Source: Chloroflexota bacterium (GTDB taxonomy: Bacteria > Chloroflexota > Dehalococcoidia > JACQUA01). Taken from it: a stretch of DNA of 32,000 nucleotides. A program made the translations under genes and the position numbers. The notes under the pieces are model-generated. The model searched no databases. It was not told the origin of the DNA and saw only the letters and a list, made by a program, of their open reading frames with translations. The first letter of the stretch is position 1. Each line of letters begins with the position of its first letter. The stretch is from NCBI GenBank assembly GCA_016210565.1, contig JACQUA010000037.1:1-32000 (forward strand). Direction: 5' to 3'. This document shows, one piece after another, positions 31,521 to 32,000 of this stretch.

Positions 31521-32000
31521 TTAGGGCAGGGGTGAAGGGGCCCGTTCCGCGGACACACCGGCTGAATGCCCGGACCACCTGGGGAAGCGAGACCCACGGC
31601 TGGCGACCGGATATCTGGCCCTCTCTCCGGGATCCACCGCGGGACGCCCCCGGAAATCGCGGGCGAGGCGGACGTCCCGGCTCGGAGCGGACGCCGCATA
31701 ATCGAAGCCCTGGATGGTGCGGCGCTCGACCTTAGTCTTGAGGATGCTTTCGATGTCCCGAACCATGTCCATGTCGGCGCTGGTTACAAATGTCAGCGCT
31801 TCGCCGGTCTTATTAACCCGACCGGTACGGCCGATGCGGTGGATGTAGGCATCGGTGTTTTGCGGCATATCGTAGTTGATTACGTGTGAAATGCGGGTGA
31901 TATCGATGCCGCGGGCGGCAATGTCCGTCGCCACCATTATCTTGCACCGGCCTTCCCTGAAGGCGTCGATCGCTGCCTGCCGCCTCGATTGAGGCATGTT
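31521..32000 (-). CDS. DEAD-box ATP-dependent RNA helicase, C-terminal part (5' end lies beyond the window)
   Basis: Helicase C-domain motifs MVATDIAARGIDI, HVINYDMP and YIHRIGRTGR, followed by an Arg/Gly/Pro-rich tail. The ORF is open to the window edge, so the M at 31997 is internal. Confidence 0.9.
   Translation of the reverse strand, partial: NMPQSRRQAAIDAFREGRCKIMVATDIAARGIDITRISHVINYDMPQNTDAYIHRIGRTGRVNKTGEALTFVTSADMDMVRDIESILKTKVERRTIQGFDYAASAPSRDVRLARDFRGRPAVDPGERARYPVASRGSRFPRWSGHSAGVSAERAPSPLP

Noticed and set aside
1-32000. tRNA, rRNA, tmRNA or riboswitch genes in the long repeat-rich spacers
   Set aside because: I found no cloverleaf-compatible sequence with the T-loop GTTCGAATC-type motif, no rRNA-like conserved blocks and no riboswitch core I recognise. 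Without covariance-model tools, small ncRNAs cannot be excluded.

Overview
This is a 32-kb window of bacterial DNA, roughly high-50s %GC by eye. It has no rRNA, tRNA, CRISPR array, integrase or transposase that I can see. Gene content and the very rich repertoire of REP/MITE-like intergenic hairpins suggest an uncultured environmental anaerobe, perhaps Chloroflexi-like, but that taxonomic call is only a guess.

Left third (housekeeping):
- ispE, a VTT/DedA-type membrane protein and a DnaQ-exonuclease::DinG helicase fusion.
- An archaeal-type CTP-dependent riboflavin kinase that sits between long composite inverted repeats.
- A CCA-adding/poly(A) polymerase family enzyme.
- A 1343-aa secreted S8 protease with 6 PKD repeats, a cohesin-like module and a dockerin.
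- RNase III.

Centre (12.4-25.7 kb), the most interesting part: a same-strand cluster of four UbiD-family (prFMN-dependent) (de)carboxylase paralogs, two aryl-acid-type AMP-forming CoA ligases, the prenyltransferase UbiX, a nitroreductase-family flavoprotein and an isochorismatase-like hydrolase.
- Three of the UbiD paralogs form a divergent subgroup with altered active-site motifs.
- UbiD+ligase occurs twice as a duplicated two-gene module.
- I read this as a candidate undescribed prFMN-dependent aromatic carboxylation/CoA-activation system, or alternatively a CoA-ester decarboxylation system.

Right third: a HEAT-repeat protein, an Fe/Mn superoxide dismutase, a tightly adjacent (2-nt gap) B12-binding radical-SAM + FAD-oxidoreductase pair, a 41-bp tandem array, and the 3' part of a DEAD-box helicase.

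Intergenic DNA is unusual throughout:
- Short-period (7-9 bp) stop-codon-bearing tandem arrays start at the stop codons of several unrelated genes.
- One of these arrays matches a G-quadruplex consensus.
- Several families of hairpin elements recur.
- One 446-bp nested palindromic composite is present.
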